DNA of 64,000 nucleotides from assembly GCA_963828465.1 (NCBI GenBank), contig CAWHEU010000020.1:192001-256000 (forward strand), read 5' to 3'. This DNA comes from an uncultured Acidobacteriota bacterium (GTDB lineage Bacteria; Actinomycetota; Acidimicrobiia; Spongiisociales; ZC4RG35). Position 1 is the first letter of the stretch. Each line of letters opens with the position of its first letter. This document shows positions 60,821 through 64,000 of the stretch, piece after piece. Made by a program: the position numbers and the translations under genes. The notes under the pieces are model-generated. The model ran no database searches, had not been told where the DNA came from, and saw only the letters and a program-made list of their open reading frames with translations.

Positions 60821-61461
60821 GCTGGGACCAGCGAGTGGAGGAACCCCTCGAGGAGGACCCGTCCATCACCGGAGCCGAGCAGCTCGTCGACGCCCCGCTC
60901 GGGGTGAGGCATCACCCCGACAACATTGCCTCCGTCGTTGGCCACGGCTGCCGCCGCGTGCTGGGAGCCGTTGGGGTCGTCGAGGTATCTGAGCACGATC
61001 CGCCCCGTCCTTCCGGGATCGACCCAGTTGCCCTCGTACGAGTTGAGCGGGATTCGGATCCGTTGCCCGATCTCAGCTGACCGGGTGAGGATGCTGTCGT
61101 TGTCCGTCACCTCGAGGTCCACGAACCGGCAGATGAAGGCCAGGTCGCGGTTGGCGATCAGGGCACCGGGCAGCATGCCGGCCTCGCACAGGACTTGAAA
61201 ACCGTTGCATATCCCCAGCACCGGCGACCCTCGAGAGGCCATGCGCTCGACCTCGGCCATGACCGGAGAGAATCGGGCGATAGCCCCGGTGCGGAGATAG
61301 TCCCCATGGGCGAATCCACCCGGCAAGACCACACCATCGAATCCGGACAAGTCGGTCTCCCGGTGCCAGACCAGTTCGACCTCGCCACCGAGTGAGGTGA
61401 GGGCATGCGCGACGTCCTGCTCGCAGTTGGTGCCGGGGAAGACCACGACAGCCGTCCTCAT
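60817..61461 (-). CDS. purQ: FGAM synthase glutaminase subunit
   Basis: [31 protein letters not shown]. Confidence 0.95.
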   Translation of the reverse strand: MRTAVVVFPGTNCEQDVAHALTSLGGEVELVWHRETDLSGFDGVVLPGGFAHGDYLRTGAIARFSPVMAEVERMASRGSPVLGICNGFQVLCEAGMLPGALIANRDLAFICRFVDLEVTDNDSILTRSAEIGQRIRIPLNSYEGNWVDPGRTGRIVLRYLDDPNGSQHAAAAVANDGGNVVGVMPHPERGVDELLGSGDGRVLLEGFLHSLVPA

Positions 61462-61700
61462 CCGGTGACCTCCACGCTGAAGTCCTCGAGAACGGGGTTG
61501 GCCAGCACCTTGCGGCACATCTCCTCCACCCGGCTCTGCACTATGGCGGGGTCGTCGCCGTCCACCTCGAGATGGATCACCCGGTCGACTCTCACCGACA
61601 TCACCTCATTGTTGCCCAGATCGTGGAGTGCCCGTTGGATCGTTGTCCCCTGTGGGTCGGCGATCTCGGGTCGTCTTGTGATCTCTACAGTGACCTTCAT
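61458..61700 (-). CDS. purS: FGAM synthase subunit PurS
   Basis: DPQG, LANPVLEDF. Confidence 0.94.
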   Translation of the reverse strand: MKVTVEITRRPEIADPQGTTIQRALHDLGNNEVMSVRVDRVIHLEVDGDDPAIVQSRVEEMCRKVLANPVLEDFSVEVTG

Positions 61701-62578
61701 CCGCCCCGGGCCAGGTAGTCGTCGAAATGCGCCCCTGTGATCCGCTCGTACGCCTCGACGTAACGCGAGCGGGTTCCTTCCACGATGTCGTCAGGCAGCT
61801 CGGGTGGGGGCGGGCTGTGGTCCCAGTCGGTTGTGTCCAGCCACTCCCTCACGTACTGCTTGTCGAAAGAGGGCACATCCTGACCGGGGACCCACTCATC
61901 TGCCGGCCAATAGCGCGAAGAGTCGGGAGTGAGGACCTCGTCGATGAGGAGGAGTTCGTCACCGGCGAACCCGAACTCGAACTTGGTGTCGGCCAGGATG
62001 ACGCCCTTCTCCGCGGCGTGCTCCGATGCCCTGAGGTAGATGTCGACCGACCGCTTCCGCAGCTCTTCGTACAGGTCGTCCCCCAGGAGGGACCGAGTCT
62101 CGGACTCGGTGATGTTCTCGTCATGGCCTGTAGTGGCTTTGGTGGCCGGGGTGAAGATCGGCTCCGGGAGGACGTCGGCCAGCTTCAGGCCGGAAGGAAG
62201 GTGCTCGGTGGTGGGTCCGCCGCCGTCCCGGTACTCCCGCCACGAAGACCCGTAGAGATATCCCCTGACCACGCACTCGACCGGGATCACTTCGGCCCGG
62301 CGCACCACCATGGCCCGGCCCGTCATGTCGTCGAGCTCTTCTGCACCCAGCCCGTCGACACCCGACAGGTCGGTGGTGACGAGGTGGTTGGGGGTGTCGA
62401 GTAGGTCGAAGAAGTGCAGGCTGAGTCCGGCGAGCACCTTGCCCTTGTCCGGGATGAGCTGGTCGAGGATGACGTCATAGGCCGAGATGCGGTCGGTGGC
62501 GACGAAGAGGAGATGGTCGCCGTCGACCTCATAGATCTCCCTGACCTTTCCAGATGCGATATGAGGAAGCGCCGGCAC
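61697..62578 (-). CDS. purC: SAICAR synthase
   Basis: SGKVREIY, DRISAYD, ECVVRGY, DTKFEFG, DEVLTPDSSR, FDKQYVR. Confidence 0.95.
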   Translation of the reverse strand: MPALPHIASGKVREIYEVDGDHLLFVATDRISAYDVILDQLIPDKGKVLAGLSLHFFDLLDTPNHLVTTDLSGVDGLGAEELDDMTGRAMVVRRAEVIPVECVVRGYLYGSSWREYRDGGGPTTEHLPSGLKLADVLPEPIFTPATKATTGHDENITESETRSLLGDDLYEELRKRSVDIYLRASEHAAEKGVILADTKFEFGFAGDELLLIDEVLTPDSSRYWPADEWVPGQDVPSFDKQYVREWLDTTDWDHSPPPPELPDDIVEGTRSRYVEAYERITGAHFDDYLARGG

Positions 62579-62615
62579 GTGGCGGCAGAGTAGTGCACGG
62601 CCGAAGCCGGTCGAC

Positions 62616-62750
62616 ACGGACCGCATCTGGTTCGCGCTGCAGTGCGTTGGCTACGGCCTAACCCTGTGCAACGCGGTCACCGAGCGACGGGCCGCATCTG
62701 GTTCGCGCTGCAATGCGTCGCTCTGCGTGCAACGCTCTGCAGCGCGGTCA
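62616..62750. repeat. Two tandem 71-bp-period REP-like hairpin units
   Basis: ACGG.CCGCATCTGGTTCGCGCTGCA.TGCGT...TGCA.CGCGGTCA at 62616-62679 and 62687-62750. Confidence 0.8.
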
Positions 62751-62806
62751 GTCGGTGTGCCGGAGCGATCGAGCGGAGGCGAAAGGGCGTCACCTAACGT
62801 GCCCGC

Positions 62807-63214
62807 ATGCCAGGGTTCTCCCCGTCCCGGGTCGCCGACCTGCTCGCGGCCGATCCATTCGCCGGCTCACTGGGTGTGGAATTGGTTGGGGTCACCGACG
62901 ACGAGATCGTGGTCGGGCTGACGGTGCTTCCGCACCACGTCAATTTCCTCGGCGTCGGCCACGGCGGCCTGGTCTTTTCCCTTGCGGACTGTGCTTTCTC
63001 CCTGGCCTCGAACAACGCGGGAGATCGAGCTGTGGCCATCGACACCCATCTCGTGCTGACCGCAGCGGCAAAGCCGGGGGACTTGCTCAGGGCATCGGTC
63101 GTCGAGACCTCGAGAGGCCGGACTCTCGGCACCTATCGGGTCGATGTCAGTCGCGAGGATGGGCGGAAGGTGGCCCTGTTCACCGGGACCGTGCACATCA
63201 CCTCTTCTGACTGA
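62807..63214 (+). CDS. PaaI-family hotdog thioesterase
   Basis: DPFA..LG, NFLGVGHGGLVFSLAD.AF. Confidence 0.88.
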   Translation: MPGFSPSRVADLLAADPFAGSLGVELVGVTDDEIVVGLTVLPHHVNFLGVGHGGLVFSLADCAFSLASNNAGDRAVAIDTHLVLTAAAKPGDLLRASVVETSRGRTLGTYRVDVSREDGRKVALFTGTVHITSSD

Positions 63215-63218
63215 GCGC

Positions 63219-64000
63219 CTACAGCTTCAAGTCGGCAAGCCTGTCGAAGACGATCTGCGCCGATTCGCCAACGCGCTCCAACGAGAAGCAGGCGGCGAGG
63301 GAGTCATCCGTGAGCGCGACCAAGGGTTCGGCCGCCAGCAGCTCCTGCAGCGATTGCCCGGTGTCCCATGCCGTCATTGCGTGAGTCTGGACGATGCGAT
63401 AGGCCTGGTCACGAGTCATGCCTTGGTCGATGAGGGCGAGCAGGACCGCTTGACTGAACACCAGACCACGCGTCGATTCGAGATTGGCGATCATCCGATC
63501 GGCGTCGACGACCAGGTCTCGGACGAGACCGTTGAACTTGACCAGCATGTAGTGGAGGGCGATCGAGGCATCGGGCAGCACCACCCTCTCCGCCGAGGAG
63601 TGAGAGATGTCCCGCTCATGCCAAAGGGCAACATTCTCCAGACCGACCTGGGCGTAGCCCCGGAGGAGCCGGGCCATCCCGGTCATGCGCTCGGAGAGGA
63701 TCGGGTTCCGCTTGTGGGGCATCGCGGACGAGCCCTTCTGCGCCTTGCCGAATGCCTCCCTGACCTCCGCCACCTCGGAGCGCTGCAGGTGACGGATCTC
63801 GGTGGCCATGCGCTCGATCGAAGCGCCGATGAGAGCGATCGTCTGCAGGTACTGGGCGTGGCGGTCTCGGGCCGTCACCTGGGTCGAGGCCGGCTCTGAC
63901 TCCAGGTCGAGGGCATCGCAGACATGACGCTCCACCTCGGGCGGGACGTGGGCGTAGGTGCCAACGGCACCCGAGATCTTCCCCACGCACACGGTCGATC
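63219..64000 (-). CDS. purB: Adenylosuccinate lyase (5' part lies outside the window)
   Basis: GKISGAVG, GSSAMPHKRNP, WHERDISHSS. Confidence 0.95.
   Translation of the reverse strand, partial: STVCVGKISGAVGTYAHVPPEVERHVCDALDLESEPASTQVTARDRHAQYLQTIALIGASIERMATEIRHLQRSEVAEVREAFGKAQKGSSAMPHKRNPILSERMTGMARLLRGYAQVGLENVALWHERDISHSSAERVVLPDASIALHYMLVKFNGLVRDLVVDADRMIANLESTRGLVFSQAVLLALIDQGMTRDQAYRIVQTHAMTAWDTGQSLQELLAAEPLVALTDDSLAACFSLERVGESAQIVFDRLADLKL

Noticed and set aside
62616-62750. CRISPR array
   Set aside because: Only two units, the inter-repeat segments are partly conserved and palindromic, and no cas genes are present

Overview
GC-rich bacterial chromosomal segment, most likely Actinomycetota and probably Acidimicrobiia-like. 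This is inferred from bS22, a PAC2-family protein, actinobacterial-type CimA, many ECF sigma factors and pervasive leaderless genes. It is mostly core metabolism: dcd, tRNA-Gly(CCC), a Liv-type ABC importer, an RND/TetR pair, thrB, cimA, lnt, acs, trpB2, a purine-degradation cluster (allB, alc-uraD fusion, uraH, uricase, a CitE-like DUF6986-type enzyme, 8-oxoguanine deaminase-like, three-subunit xanthine dehydrogenase, add) and de novo purine genes (purM, F, L, Q, S, C, B). I see no integrase, transposase, prophage or CRISPR array. The most interesting signals are non-coding or tiny and absent from the ORF track: (1) three or four minus-strand structured RNA candidates with C-rich loops (6C/F6-like, potential anti-Shine-Dalgarno seeds); (2) an Ile-codon leader peptide with an attenuator in front of cimA; (3) duplicated ECF promoter motifs that reveal small regulons, including a cytochrome c/cupredoxin module; (4) tandem duplicated tRNA-Gly 3' ends; (5) an Lnt with catalytic Cys replaced by Ser. 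Ten genes each carry a net +1 frameshift, most likely consensus or sequencing artefacts rather than pseudogenes. All calls come from reading the sequence; no searches or folding programs were run.
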